A stretch of DNA of 37,302 nt from an uncultured Sutterella sp. (GCA_964624425.1 CAZUXQ010000001.1:1-37302), one strand, 5' to 3'; counted from the stretch's first letter, positions 28,309-37,302 are shown. Made by a program: numbers and translations. Notes: generated from the letters alone by a model not told the origin.

Positions 28309-30831
28309 ATGGGACAGACATTGGTCATTGCGGAAAAGCCGTCCGTAGCCGGCGACATCGCGAAGGCGCTCGGCGGATTCAGGAAGGACGGCGATTTTTG
28401 GGTCGGCGACTCCATGATCATCGGCTCGGCCGTCGGCCACCTTCTCGAGATTAAGGCTCCCGAAGAGTTCGACGTGAAGCGCGGACGCTGGTCCTTTGCG
28501 AATCTGCCCGTGATTCCGCCGCATTTCGACCTGCAGCCGATCAAGAAGTCCGAGGCGAAGTTTCGGGAGCTCGCCCGCAAAATCCGCAGCCGTTCCGTTT
28601 CCGACATCATCAACGCATGCGACGCGGGAAGAGAAGGCGAACTGATCTTCCGCTACATCATTCAGGCGGTCGGCAGCAGGAAGCCGGTGCGCCGCCTGTG
28701 GCTGCAGTCGATGACCAAGTCCGCCATCAAGGAAGCGTTCAGCCGCCTGCGCTCCGACGAAGACATGAAGCCCCTGGAGGCGGCGGCCCGCAGCCGTTCC
28801 GAAGCCGACTGGCTCGTCGGCATCAACGGCACGCGCGCGCTCACCGCCTTCAATTCGAAGGACGGCGGCTTCTTCCTCACGACGGTCGGCCGCGTGCAGA
28901 CGCCGACCCTTGCAATCATCGTGCAGCGCGAAGAGGAAATCGCGCGCTTCGTCCCGAAGAACTACTGGGAGGTTCATGCGGCCTTCCGCGCCGCCGCCGG
29001 CGAATATCCGGCCGTCTGGATCGACAAGGACTTCCGGAAGGCGAAGGGCGCGCCGTCCGAACTCAAGGCAAGCCGCATCTGGGACGAAGCCCGTGCAAAA
29101 CGCATTGTCGAGCAGTGCGCGGGGCGCGAAGGCGTCGTGACGGAAACGCGCAGGCGCGCCGCGCAGCTCTCGCCCGCGCTCTTCGATTTGACGAGCCTGC
29201 AGCGCGAAGCCAACAGCCGCTTCGGGTTTCCGGCCAAGATGACGCTGGCCGTCGCGCAGCGCCTCTACGAGCGCCACAAGGTTCTCACGTATCCGCGTAC
29301 GGACGCCCGCGCGCTTCCCGAGGACTATCTGCCTGCCGTGCGCGCGACGCTTTCGCGCATCAGCGGCCTTGACGATTATGCGAAGCATGCCGGCGAGATC
29401 CTGCGGCAGAACTGGGTCAGGCCCGACAAGCGCATCTTCGACAACAAGAAGATCAGCGATCACTTTGCCATTATTCCGACCGGCGAGCTGCCGAAGCCGC
29501 TCGAAGAAGCCGAGAGGAAGATCTACGATCTCGTTGTGCGGCGCTTTCTTTCGGTTTTCTATCCGGCCGCAGAGTTCGACGTGACGACCCGCTTCACGGA
29601 TGTTGCCGGCGAGCGCTTTCTGACCGAAGGCCGCGTGCTCGTCAAGGCGGGCTGGCTTGAGGCGGCCGGCCGCTCCGGCAAGTCCGGGCAGGACGATCTG
29701 ACGCCCGTTGAAAACGGCGAGATCGTCTCGGCGGAAAGCCTTGAAGTGAAGGCCGACCAGACGCGCCCGCCCGCCCGCTACACCGACGCAACGATCCTCT
29801 CGGCGATGGAGTCTGCCGGCAAAAAGCTCGACGAAGACGAACTGCGCGACGCTATGGCCGAAAAGGGCCTCGGCACGCCGGCCACGCGCGCCCAGACAAT
29901 CGAAGGCCTGATCGAGCAGAAGTACCTGCGTCGAGACGGCCGAGAGCTCATTCCGAACGCCAAGGCGTTCCAGCTGATGCAGCTTGTGCGCGGCCTCAAG
30001 ATCAACGAACTCACGCAGCCGAAGCTCACCGCCGAGTGGGAGCACAAGCTCGCGCTCATCGAGCGCGGCCAGGCTTCGCGCGACGATTTCATGGAAGAAA
30101 TTCGCAGGATGACGACTGAAATCGTTTCGTCCGCGAAGCAGTTTGAAGGCGACAGCGTTCCCATCGTCAATCCCATTCATTTCCGCAGCCGCTGTCCCGA
30201 ATGCGGCGGCGAAATCGTCGAAAACTACCGGCGCTTCGCCTGCACGACGCCGGGCTGCTACTTCTCGCTGCCAAAGCATCCCTCGGGCCGCGCGTTCGAG
30301 CCCGAGGAAGTAGAAGAGCTTCTTGCCGGCCGCCGCATAGGGCCGCTTGCAGGGTTCGTGAGCAAGCGCGGCTTTCCCTTCGAGAGCGAGCTCGTCCTGC
30401 AGCGCGATCCGGACACGAACGAATGGGGCCTGCGCTTCGAATTCGAAGCGCGGCCCGAAGCCGATCTCTCCGGCTTGTCGGAAGCTCAGGTGATCGGCGC
30501 CTGCCCGGTTTGCGGCGGGAAGATCTACGACTTCAACGACGCGTACGTCTGCGAGCATGCGCTAGAGGGCAAGACCTGCTCCTTCCGCATCGGCAAGACG
30601 ATCCTGCAGCGCCCGATTTCGCAGGCCGAAGCCGTTCAGCTTCTCGCGAGCAGGCGCACCGAACTCCTGGAGGGCTTCATTTCGAAGCGCACGAAGCGTC
30701 CCTTCAAGGCGTACCTCGCTTACGACGCGCGCAGGAAGAACGTCGTCTTCGAGTTCGAGAAGCGGGAAGAAAGGAACGAGAGCGGCGCCGAAGAAAAAAT
30801 ATCGGCGAGAAGGACGGCCGCGAAGAAGTAG
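28309..30831 (+). CDS. topB: Type IA DNA topoisomerase III
   Basis: IAEKPSVA, DAGREGE, GRVQTPTL, catalytic LTYPRTD and GLGTPATRA, plus two C-terminal Cys4 repeats (CPEC, CPVC). Confidence 0.93.
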   Translation: MGQTLVIAEKPSVAGDIAKALGGFRKDGDFWVGDSMIIGSAVGHLLEIKAPEEFDVKRGRWSFANLPVIPPHFDLQPIKKSEAKFRELARKIRSRSVSDIINACDAGREGELIFRYIIQAVGSRKPVRRLWLQSMTKSAIKEAFSRLRSDEDMKPLEAAARSRSEADWLVGINGTRALTAFNSKDGGFFLTTVGRVQTPTLAIIVQREEEIARFVPKNYWEVHAAFRAAAGEYPAVWIDKDFRKAKGAPSELKASRIWDEARAKRIVEQCAGREGVVTETRRRAAQLSPALFDLTSLQREANSRFGFPAKMTLAVAQRLYERHKVLTYPRTDARALPEDYLPAVRATLSRISGLDDYAKHAGEILRQNWVRPDKRIFDNKKISDHFAIIPTGELPKPLEEAERKIYDLVVRRFLSVFYPAAEFDVTTRFTDVAGERFLTEGRVLVKAGWLEAAGRSGKSGQDDLTPVENGEIVSAESLEVKADQTRPPARYTDATILSAMESAGKKLDEDELRDAMAEKGLGTPATRAQTIEGLIEQKYLRRDGRELIPNAKAFQLMQLVRGLKINELTQPKLTAEWEHKLALIERGQASRDDFMEEIRRMTTEIVSSAKQFEGDSVPIVNPIHFRSRCPECGGEIVENYRRFACTTPGCYFSLPKHPSGRAFEPEEVEELLAGRRIGPLAGFVSKRGFPFESELVLQRDPDTNEWGLRFEFEARPEADLSGLSEAQVIGACPVCGGKIYDFNDAYVCEHALEGKTCSFRIGKTILQRPISQAEAVQLLASRRTELLEGFISKRTKRPFKAYLAYDARRKNVVFEFEKREERNESGAEEKISARRTAAKK

Positions 30832-30929
30832 GCGGCGGAATCGGCTTTTCAGCAAAAAGCGAAGCGAACGGATCCCGCTGCGGGCCGCCCGTCTCTTCGG
30901 CCATTCGCCGCAGAGCGTTCGGCGGCGGC

Positions 30930-32255
30930 TCAGGGCGCTTTCGGTGCGGGCGCGCTGCCCGAGCTCTTTTTGGTGCGGGTGACGAGCACTTGGTCGATCT
31001 TGTTGTTGTCGACGTCGAGCACCTCGAACGTGTAGTCCGCGCAGACGACCTTGTCGGTGCGCTTGGGAATCTTGCGAAGCATGTACATCATGAAGCCCGC
31101 CACCGTTTCGTAGGCGGAGTCTTCGGGCAGTTCGTCGAGGTCGAGCGCGTGCTCGAGATCGTCGATCGGCGTCGAGCCGTCGACGAGCCAGGTGTCCTTG
31201 TCGCGCTGAATGATCTGCACGTCTTCTTCCGACGTCACGAGGTCGCCCATGACGGTCGACATTACGTCGTTGATCGTGATGATGCCGACGACGAGCGCAT
31301 ATTCGTTGATGATGACCGCAAAGTCGCCGTGCGAGCGCTGGAAGACGTCGAGCACTTCGGAGAGCGTAAGCGAGTCCGGAATGAATTGGCAGGGCTGAAT
31401 GAGGGCGCGCTCACGGAAGGAAATCGGCTTTTCGTCAAGGACGCAGCGCAGGAGGTGCTTCGAATCGACGAAGCCCACCACGTGGTCGAGATCCTTGTCG
31501 CAGACGAGAAAGCGGTTGTACGGCACCGTTGCGATCTTCGCGCGGATGCTCGCTTCGGTTTCGTCGAGCGTGAAGTAGACGATGCTTTCGCGCGGCGTCA
31601 TTGCGGACGGAACCAGGCGGCTTTCAAGCTCGAAGACGTTTTGGATGACGGCCTCTTCCTGCGGAGCGATGAGGCCCGCGGCGGCGCCGGCGCCGATGCT
31701 CGCCAGAATGTCTTCGGACGTGATCGTTTCCTGACGCTTGGTCGGAAGGCCGAGCGAGCGGATGCAGGCGTCCGAGAAGGTTTCGAGAACGCACACGATC
31801 GGCCGAAGGATCTTGATGATGAGGCTCAGGGGCCTCGCGACGCGCATGGCGACCGCTTCGGGGCGGGCAATGGCGAGGCGCTTCGGCAGCAGATCCGAGA
31901 AGATGACGAAGAGCGCCGTCGCGAGCGTGAACGACAGGACGAAGGAAATGTTGCCGGCGGAAATCGACGGGGGAAGGGTCTGAGAGAAAAGCCAGTCGAA
32001 GAAGGGCGTGAACGCGGCGTCGCCGACGATGCCGCCCAGAAGCGCTACGGCGTTGACGCCGAGCTGGAGCGCCGAGAAGAACCGTCCGGGATGCGCCTGC
32101 ATGTCCAGAACCAGTTCGGCTCGATGATCCCCTTCCTCAGCAAGCGCCTGCAGCCGCGTCTTGGATGCGGCCGCCAGAGAAATTTCGGCCGATGAAAAGA
32201 ATGCGCAAGCCAAGACCAAGCAGAAGAGCGCGGCAACCTGAGGATATGAAGACAT
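30930..32255 (-). CDS. paeA: CNNM-CBS-CorC (hemolysin family) protein, YtfL/PaeA-like
   Basis: FFSSAEISLAA, NVFELESRLVPSAMTPRE, INEYALVVGIITINDV and YETVAGFMMYMLRKIPKRTD closely recall E. coli YtfL/PaeA. Start uncertain (32255, 32264 or 32276). Confidence 0.8.
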   Translation of the reverse strand: MSSYPQVAALFCLVLACAFFSSAEISLAAASKTRLQALAEEGDHRAELVLDMQAHPGRFFSALQLGVNAVALLGGIVGDAAFTPFFDWLFSQTLPPSISAGNISFVLSFTLATALFVIFSDLLPKRLAIARPEAVAMRVARPLSLIIKILRPIVCVLETFSDACIRSLGLPTKRQETITSEDILASIGAGAAAGLIAPQEEAVIQNVFELESRLVPSAMTPRESIVYFTLDETEASIRAKIATVPYNRFLVCDKDLDHVVGFVDSKHLLRCVLDEKPISFRERALIQPCQFIPDSLTLSEVLDVFQRSHGDFAVIINEYALVVGIITINDVMSTVMGDLVTSEEDVQIIQRDKDTWLVDGSTPIDDLEHALDLDELPEDSAYETVAGFMMYMLRKIPKRTDKVVCADYTFEVLDVDNNKIDQVLVTRTKKSSGSAPAPKAP

Positions 32256-32478
32256 AAAAACCATCAAAAAACACAAGTTCTCATTTTAACACATTGCTGA
32301 TGCAACCGATTGATATACGACGATTTTTGCAAATGACCTTCTGGCCGGACCTTGATTTTCCGCCAACCAAGTCCGCATTTCTGCAGGGCTTTTCGGCTCA
32401 GGCTGAGCTGATGATCAGGATACACTTCAGCTTGCGGGAATGACGACGCGTCTCTCGCGGCCGAACGGTTCGGAACCG

Positions 32479-32504
32479 TAAAATTGCAATCAATTGATCA
32501 ATTG
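32479..32504 (+). promoter_or_regulatory. Candidate -10 box and palindromic operator upstream of aapJ
   Basis: TAAAAT (32479-32484) followed by the perfect 14-bp palindrome CAATTGATCAATTG (32491-32504). Confidence 0.5.
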
Positions 32505-32548
32505 CGAAAATCCTCTGCACGCACTTTGGAAAGAGAAGGAACACAGAA

Positions 32549-33574
32549 ATGAGACTGAATCCCTTGACGGCCGCCTTGGCGGCATCCGTTCTCGCCTTGA
32601 CCTGGAGTTCAGCTTTTGCCGGACAGACGCTCGACCGCATCAAGTCTCGCGGCCAGCTCGTCTGCGGCGTCAATACGTCTGCGCCGGGCTTCTCGAGCGC
32701 CGACAGTCAGGGCCGGTGGCAGGGCCTCGACGTGAATCTCTGCAGGGGCGTCGCCGCCGCCGTGCTCGGCGACGCAGACAAGGTGAAGTATGTGCCGCTC
32801 AGCTCCACGCAGCATATGGCCGCCTTGAGTTCCGGCGAAATCGACATGCTCGCCCGCAACACAACGTGGACGATGACGCGCGACGCGAGCCAGGGCGCTG
32901 CGTTCGTGGCCGTTTCCTACTACGACGGCCAGGGCTTCATGGTTCCGAAGTCCCTCGGCGTGAAGAGCATAAGCGAACTCGACGGCGCGACGGTTTGCGT
33001 GCAGACCGGCACGACGACGGAAAAGACGACCGCCGACTACTTCGGCTCGCACGGCATGCAGTACAAGACGGTCGTCTTCGACACGACCGAAGCGACGCAG
33101 AGCGCCTTCATTTCCGGCCGCTGCGACGTCTATACGTCCGACATGTCCGACTTGGCCGGCGTCCGCACTGTTGCGCCCGATCCCTCCGAGTTCGAAATTC
33201 TTCCGGAAGCCATCACGAAGGAGCCGCTCGGCCCGGCCGTCCGCCGCGGCGACTGGGAATTCTTCCAGATCGTGCGCTGGTGCTTCAACGCCTTCCTCGG
33301 CGCTGAAGAGCTCGGCGTGACGAAGGCAAACGTCGACGAAATGCGCCGGACAAGCAAGGATCCCAACGTGATGCGCCTTGTCGGCACGGGGGAAGATATG
33401 GGCCGCATGCTCGGCCTCGACAAGGACTGGTCCTATCGCATCATCAAGCAGGTGGGAAACTACGGCGAGTCCTGGAATCAGTACTTCGGTCCGGAATCTG
33501 CGCTTAATCTGCCCCGCGGCATGAACAAGCTCTATTCCGACGGCGGCCTGATGTACGCCATGCCGATTCGCTGA
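32549..33574 (+). CDS. aapJ: General L-amino acid ABC transporter substrate-binding protein (AapJ/BztA/YhdW type)
   Basis: Signal peptide (AFA-G), RGQLVCGV, ARNTTWTMTRD, YYDGQGF, KEPLGPAVR, VGNYGE and GGLMYAMPIR. Confidence 0.9.
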   Translation: MRLNPLTAALAASVLALTWSSAFAGQTLDRIKSRGQLVCGVNTSAPGFSSADSQGRWQGLDVNLCRGVAAAVLGDADKVKYVPLSSTQHMAALSSGEIDMLARNTTWTMTRDASQGAAFVAVSYYDGQGFMVPKSLGVKSISELDGATVCVQTGTTTEKTTADYFGSHGMQYKTVVFDTTEATQSAFISGRCDVYTSDMSDLAGVRTVAPDPSEFEILPEAITKEPLGPAVRRGDWEFFQIVRWCFNAFLGAEELGVTKANVDEMRRTSKDPNVMRLVGTGEDMGRMLGLDKDWSYRIIKQVGNYGESWNQYFGPESALNLPRGMNKLYSDGGLMYAMPIR

Positions 33575-33601
33575 GGACGAACCGCTGCTTCAGCCGCAGA
33601 A

Positions 33602-33642
33602 GAAAGGCTCCGGAGAAATCCCAGGGCTTCAGAGGGCCTTTC
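33602..33642 (+). other. Intercistronic stem-loop between aapJ and aapQ
   Basis: GAAAGGCTC (33602-33610) pairs with GGGCCTTTC (33634-33642), followed by a pyrimidine-rich stretch. Confidence 0.45.
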
Positions 33643-33656
33643 CCATTCTTTCATTC

Positions 33657-34835
33657 ATGCTTGCAAGAGACAGTTTCAGCAGCATTCCGGGCGATGAAGC
33701 TTGGCTGGCGCGCGAAAGGCTGCGCCGCCGCCGCGAGCGCGCGCTGCAGGCGGCGCTCGCGCTCGCGCTCGCGGCCGTGATCGCGATGATTGCGTTCAGC
33801 ACGGAATCAAACCTTGCGGCCAAGCACATCAGGAGCGGCTTTCAATTTCTAGGCAGTCGCGCCGGATTCGAAATTTCCGACGTGATGCTGCCGTTTTCAA
33901 GCGCGGATCCGCTGTGGAAGGCATTTCTCGTAGGCCTTCTCAACACGCTCAAGGTTTCGGCGCTCTCTATTGCGACGGCGACGATGCTCGGCATTGTCGT
34001 GGGGCTCATGCGCCTCTCGAGAAATCCGCTGGTGCGCTTTTTCGGCGCGGCTCACGTCGAGGCGTACCGCAACATCCCGCTTCTCGTTCTTCTTCTGGCG
34101 CTCTACCTCGTCGTGACGGAATTGCTTCCGAGCGCGAGGGATGCGTGGAGCATCGGCAATTGGTTCTTCCTTTCGAAGGCAGGAGTTCTCTATGCCGTGC
34201 CCGCGAGCGCGGGCGCGGCGGCCTCTGCGTCGCTCGCCGTTTCGGCCGCACTCGCCTTCGCTGGCTGCAGAGTGCTCCGCCGCAGGCGCCCGCCGCTCAT
34301 TTCCGCCGTCTCGAGCGTCGGCATTTTTGCCGCCGCGGCGATTGTCGTCTGGATTCTCTGCGGCGTTTTTTTCGGGTGGAATCAGCCCGTCAAGACGCGC
34401 TTCTCGATGTCGGGCGGCGCGCAGCTTACGCCCGAATTCCTGACGCTCTGGCTCGGCCTCACGCTTTTCATGTCCGCGTCGATCGCCGAAATCGTGCGGG
34501 CCGGCATTCAGTCCGTGCGCGTCGAGCAGCGGGATGCGGGCCTCGCGCTTGGAATGACGCACTCCGAAACAATGCGCTTCGTGATTTTTCCGCAGGCGCT
34601 TCGCCTCATCATCCCTCCGCTCGCGAGCCAGTACATGTCGCTCACGAAGAATTCGTCTCTGGCCGTCATGGTCGGCTATTCGGACGTCGTGAGCATCGGC
34701 ACGACCGCCATGAACGTGACGGGACAGGCGCTCGAAGTGATCTGCATCATCATGGGCGTTTATCTGACGATCAACATCGTCATTGCGTTCGTCATGAATC
34801 GGCTCAACGCGCGGGTCATGTCCGCCAAGTTTTAG
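33657..34835 (+). CDS. aapQ: Amino acid ABC transporter permease (AapQ type)
   Basis: SGFQFL..RAGFEI, VGLLNTLKVS, RNIPLL, AEIVRAGIQSV and KNSSLA. Confidence 0.88.
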   Translation: MLARDSFSSIPGDEAWLARERLRRRRERALQAALALALAAVIAMIAFSTESNLAAKHIRSGFQFLGSRAGFEISDVMLPFSSADPLWKAFLVGLLNTLKVSALSIATATMLGIVVGLMRLSRNPLVRFFGAAHVEAYRNIPLLVLLLALYLVVTELLPSARDAWSIGNWFFLSKAGVLYAVPASAGAAASASLAVSAALAFAGCRVLRRRRPPLISAVSSVGIFAAAAIVVWILCGVFFGWNQPVKTRFSMSGGAQLTPEFLTLWLGLTLFMSASIAEIVRAGIQSVRVEQRDAGLALGMTHSETMRFVIFPQALRLIIPPLASQYMSLTKNSSLAVMVGYSDVVSIGTTAMNVTGQALEVICIIMGVYLTINIVIAFVMNRLNARVMSAKF

Positions 34836-34847
34836 GAAAAGCCGCAT

Positions 34848-35951
34848 ATGGCCAAACACCCGTCTCAAGGCGCAGCGGCTCCGTCCTTCGGGAAGCTTGT
34901 CCGCGACAAATTCTTCTATTCGCCTTCCGCCTTCGTTCTGACGATCGTCTTCGGCGCGCTTGCCGTCTTTCTCGCCGTCGAGATCTTTCAGTGGGCTGTT
35001 GCGAATGCCGTCTGGAAGGCCGACATTCAGGCCTGCCGTCAGGCTTCGGGCGCCTGCTGGGGATTCGTCGCCGAAAAGTGGCGCCTCATTCTCTTCGGGC
35101 GCTATCCCTTTGAAGAGCAGTGGCGTCCGGCTGCGGCGCTTGCAGCCGTCTGCGCTGCGATCGTCGTGTCGGCCGCGCCTTTCTTCTGGCGAATTTTCTC
35201 GTTTCGAAAGATTCTCCTTGTCTGGGCGGGAGCGCTCGTCGTCTTTTTCGCTCTCATGTACGGCGGGATTTTCGGCCTCGCGTTCGTCGGCACGGACATG
35301 TGGGGCGGCCTGCCCCTGACGGTCATCATCACCTTGATCGGCATGGGGCTTTCGTCGCCGATCGGCATTTTCCTTGCGATCGGACGCCGGAGCCGGCTGC
35401 CGATCGTGTCGGCCGTGTCGGCGGGCTACATCGAGCTTGTCCGCGGCGTGCCGCTCATCACGGTGCTTTTTGCTGCGGCTTTCGTCTTCCCGCTTTTCCT
35501 GCCGCCGCAGCTGCAGCTCGACGCTTTCTGGCGCGTGACGATCGGCATCGTTCTCTTCCAGGCGGCCTACATGGCGGAAACGGTGCGGGGCGGCCTGCAG
35601 ACTGTTCCGCAGGGGCAGGCGGACGCAGCCGAGTCCTTGGGCTTCACGAAGCGTCAGGCTTACCGCTACGTCATTCTGCCGCAGGCGCTCGCGGCGATTA
35701 TTCCGGCATTCATCAACAGCCTCCTGTCCTGCTTCATGGATACGTCGCTCGTGACGGTCGTGTCGATGTACGACTTGACCGGAAGCCTCAAGCTCTCGCT
35801 CGGCGACGCGCTTTGGCGAGCCTTCTTCGTCGAAGGCTACGTCTTCGTCGCCTTGATCTACTTTGCGTCGAGCTTTGCGGCTTCCCGCTACAGCCAGTGG
35901 CTGGAAGCCGAGATCCGAGGCGGCAGGCCGCGCGAAGGCCGGGCGGACTAG
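34848..35951 (+). CDS. aapM: Amino acid ABC transporter permease (AapM type)
   Basis: GACWGFV, GRYPFEEQWR, WGGLPLT, IELVRGVPLI, AYMAETVRGGLQ and DTSLV. Confidence 0.88.
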   Translation: MAKHPSQGAAAPSFGKLVRDKFFYSPSAFVLTIVFGALAVFLAVEIFQWAVANAVWKADIQACRQASGACWGFVAEKWRLILFGRYPFEEQWRPAAALAAVCAAIVVSAAPFFWRIFSFRKILLVWAGALVVFFALMYGGIFGLAFVGTDMWGGLPLTVIITLIGMGLSSPIGIFLAIGRRSRLPIVSAVSAGYIELVRGVPLITVLFAAAFVFPLFLPPQLQLDAFWRVTIGIVLFQAAYMAETVRGGLQTVPQGQADAAESLGFTKRQAYRYVILPQALAAIIPAFINSLLSCFMDTSLVTVVSMYDLTGSLKLSLGDALWRAFFVEGYVFVALIYFASSFAASRYSQWLEAEIRGGRPREGRAD

Positions 35952-35980
35952 GCCGGCAGATGCCCTGAGGGAAGAGAGAC

Positions 35981-36439
35981 ATGCGCTTTCATGAACATGC
36001 CGTCGACGCGGCCGACAAGTGGTCCGAAGCTTTGACGGGCCGACTCTGGGAGGAATTTCGGCTTTTTGCCCTGGAGCCTCAGCTTTACTACGGCGAAATT
36101 CTCAAGGCCGAAATCCTCTCCGGCAATGAGGAAGGCACGGCCTTCCGCCGGCGCGTCGCCTTCCGGACGGGACTCGAGATCGAAGAGCGCGTACTGCTTG
36201 ATCCTGAAAAAGGTCTTTTGCGCGCCGAATTCTGCGGCGCGCAGAATCTGCCGCCCGCGAGCTTTGAAATGCGGCTCGAAAAGACGGCGCAGGGCGCGCT
36301 TCGCATCCGCTTTTCGTACGACGAAGCGCGGCGCGCCGAAGAACTCTGCGCAGACCAAATCGTCGCTCTTCGCAGGCTTGCCTACGAGGACAAAGACAGA
36401 CAGATCGTCTCGGCAATGCTGCGCAATATCGGCGCCTGA
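35981..36439 (+). CDS. DUF1857/AtaL-like (SRPBCC fold) protein
   Basis: 152 aa with the pattern LW...A.EP...RRRVAF...ERV...MRLE...RFSY...AY..KD, resembling DUF1857 proteins. Purine-rich RBS. Confidence 0.6.
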   Translation: MRFHEHAVDAADKWSEALTGRLWEEFRLFALEPQLYYGEILKAEILSGNEEGTAFRRRVAFRTGLEIEERVLLDPEKGLLRAEFCGAQNLPPASFEMRLEKTAQGALRIRFSYDEARRAEELCADQIVALRRLAYEDKDRQIVSAMLRNIGA

Positions 36440-36588
36440 AGAAAAAAATTTGGATTCGAGGGGCGTCCGCATCCCTCAAGTCGTCCATAATTCCCGCTCC
36501 CGACAAACGGCCGCTTCGGCATTTTCTAGAGAAGCGCGTTCGGCCGCCCGATCGGCGCATTGATCGTTGAAGGACTCTTGAGGAATTT

Positions 36589-37302
36589 ATGGACTCTTCG
36601 CTTTCGTCCAGGGTTTTCGCGCAGCTTGCCGAAGAAATCGCCGCTCAGCCCAAGCAAATCATGGCGGCCGTCGAACTTCTCGACGGCGGCGCCACCGTTC
36701 CCTTCATCGCCCGCTATCGCAAGGAAGCGACGGGCGGCATGGATGACGGCCGGCTGCGCCGACTCGAGGAGCGTCTCGTTTATCTGCGCGAGCTCGAAGA
36801 GCGCCGCCAATACATCCTGAAGGCGATTGAGGCGCAGGGCCGCCTCACGCCCGAACTCAAGGACGAAATTTCGGCCGCAGCGGCGAAGCAGGTCCTCGAA
36901 GACCTCTATGCGCCGTACAAGCCGAAGCGCCGCACTCGAGCCGCTGCGGCAAAGGAGGCCGGCCTCGAGCCGCTTGTCGACGAAATCCTGGCCGACGAAA
37001 ATCTGGATCCTGCTGCAGCCGCCCGAAAGCATCTCAATCCCGAAAAGGGGTTTGCGACGGAGGAAGCCGTTCTCAACGGCGCGCGCGACATCCTCTCGGA
37101 GCGCTTCAGCCTGGATGCCGGCTGCAAGGAAAAGCTGCGCGAATTCATGGCCGAGCGCGGCTGCGTCGTTTCGCGCGCCGCAAGCGATGCGCCGCAGGAG
37201 GCGTCGCAGAAGTTCCGCGACTACTTCGACTTTCGCGAAGCCTTCTCCAAGGCGCCGTCTCACCGCATTCTCGCGCTCTTTCGCGGTCAGGCCGAAGGCG
37301 TG
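36589..37302 (+). CDS. tex: Tex family RNA-binding transcriptional accessory protein (3'-truncated by window)
   Basis: Absent from the ORF track. Manual translation from GAGGA-ATG 36589 gives MDSSLSSRVF...AAVELLDGGATVPFIARYRKEATGGMDD...LEDLYAPYKPKRRTRA...SHRILALFRG, continuing to the window end. Confidence 0.95.
   Translation, partial: MDSSLSSRVFAQLAEEIAAQPKQIMAAVELLDGGATVPFIARYRKEATGGMDDGRLRRLEERLVYLRELEERRQYILKAIEAQGRLTPELKDEISAAAAKQVLEDLYAPYKPKRRTRAAAAKEAGLEPLVDEILADENLDPAAAARKHLNPEKGFATEEAVLNGARDILSERFSLDAGCKEKLREFMAERGCVVSRAASDAPQEASQKFRDYFDFREAFSKAPSHRILALFRGQAEGV

Noticed and set aside
28210-30558. 782-aa minus-strand ORF
   Set aside because: Antisense shadow of topB.
30201-32195. 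664-aa plus-strand ORF
   Set aside because: An Arg-rich off-frame reading of the topB end joined to the antisense of paeA; no coherent domain.
36526-37263. 245-aa minus-strand ORF and other short ORFs at the right end
   Set aside because: The real gene is tex on the plus strand from 36589, which the ORF track missed because it has no stop codon in the window.

Overview
GC-rich, gene-dense chromosomal backbone of a betaproteobacterium. Gene content and order point to Burkholderiales, probably a Sutterellaceae-like lineage; that placement is inferred. From left to right the window holds a 5'-truncated putative SPOR-like gene, then a minus-strand run mreB-mreC-mreD-mrdA-rodA-rlpA-M20 peptidase-HIT. 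Next come divergent gatCAB, pyrE divergent from xth-rsuA-ampG, a minus-strand regulatory PTS (EIIA-Man, HPr, EI) joined to a YecA/UPF0149 gene, and a DUF1840 gene. These are followed by fmt-rsmB-DUF4390-ntrY-ntrX, an alpha/beta hydrolase lying between fmt and def on the opposite strand, topB, a PaeA/YtfL-like CNNM-CBS protein, aapJQM with no adjacent ATPase, a DUF1857/AtaL-like gene, and the 5' part of tex, which is missing from the ORF track. I found no tRNA, rRNA, CRISPR array, transposase, integrase or phage gene, and I cannot support a wholly new multi-gene system. The best leads are unusual gene rearrangements and several structured non-coding segments, chiefly a gatC leader hairpin over the RBS, a 391-bp hairpin-rich spacer and an aapJ operator-like palindrome. 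Family calls rest on recognised motifs, not on database searches.
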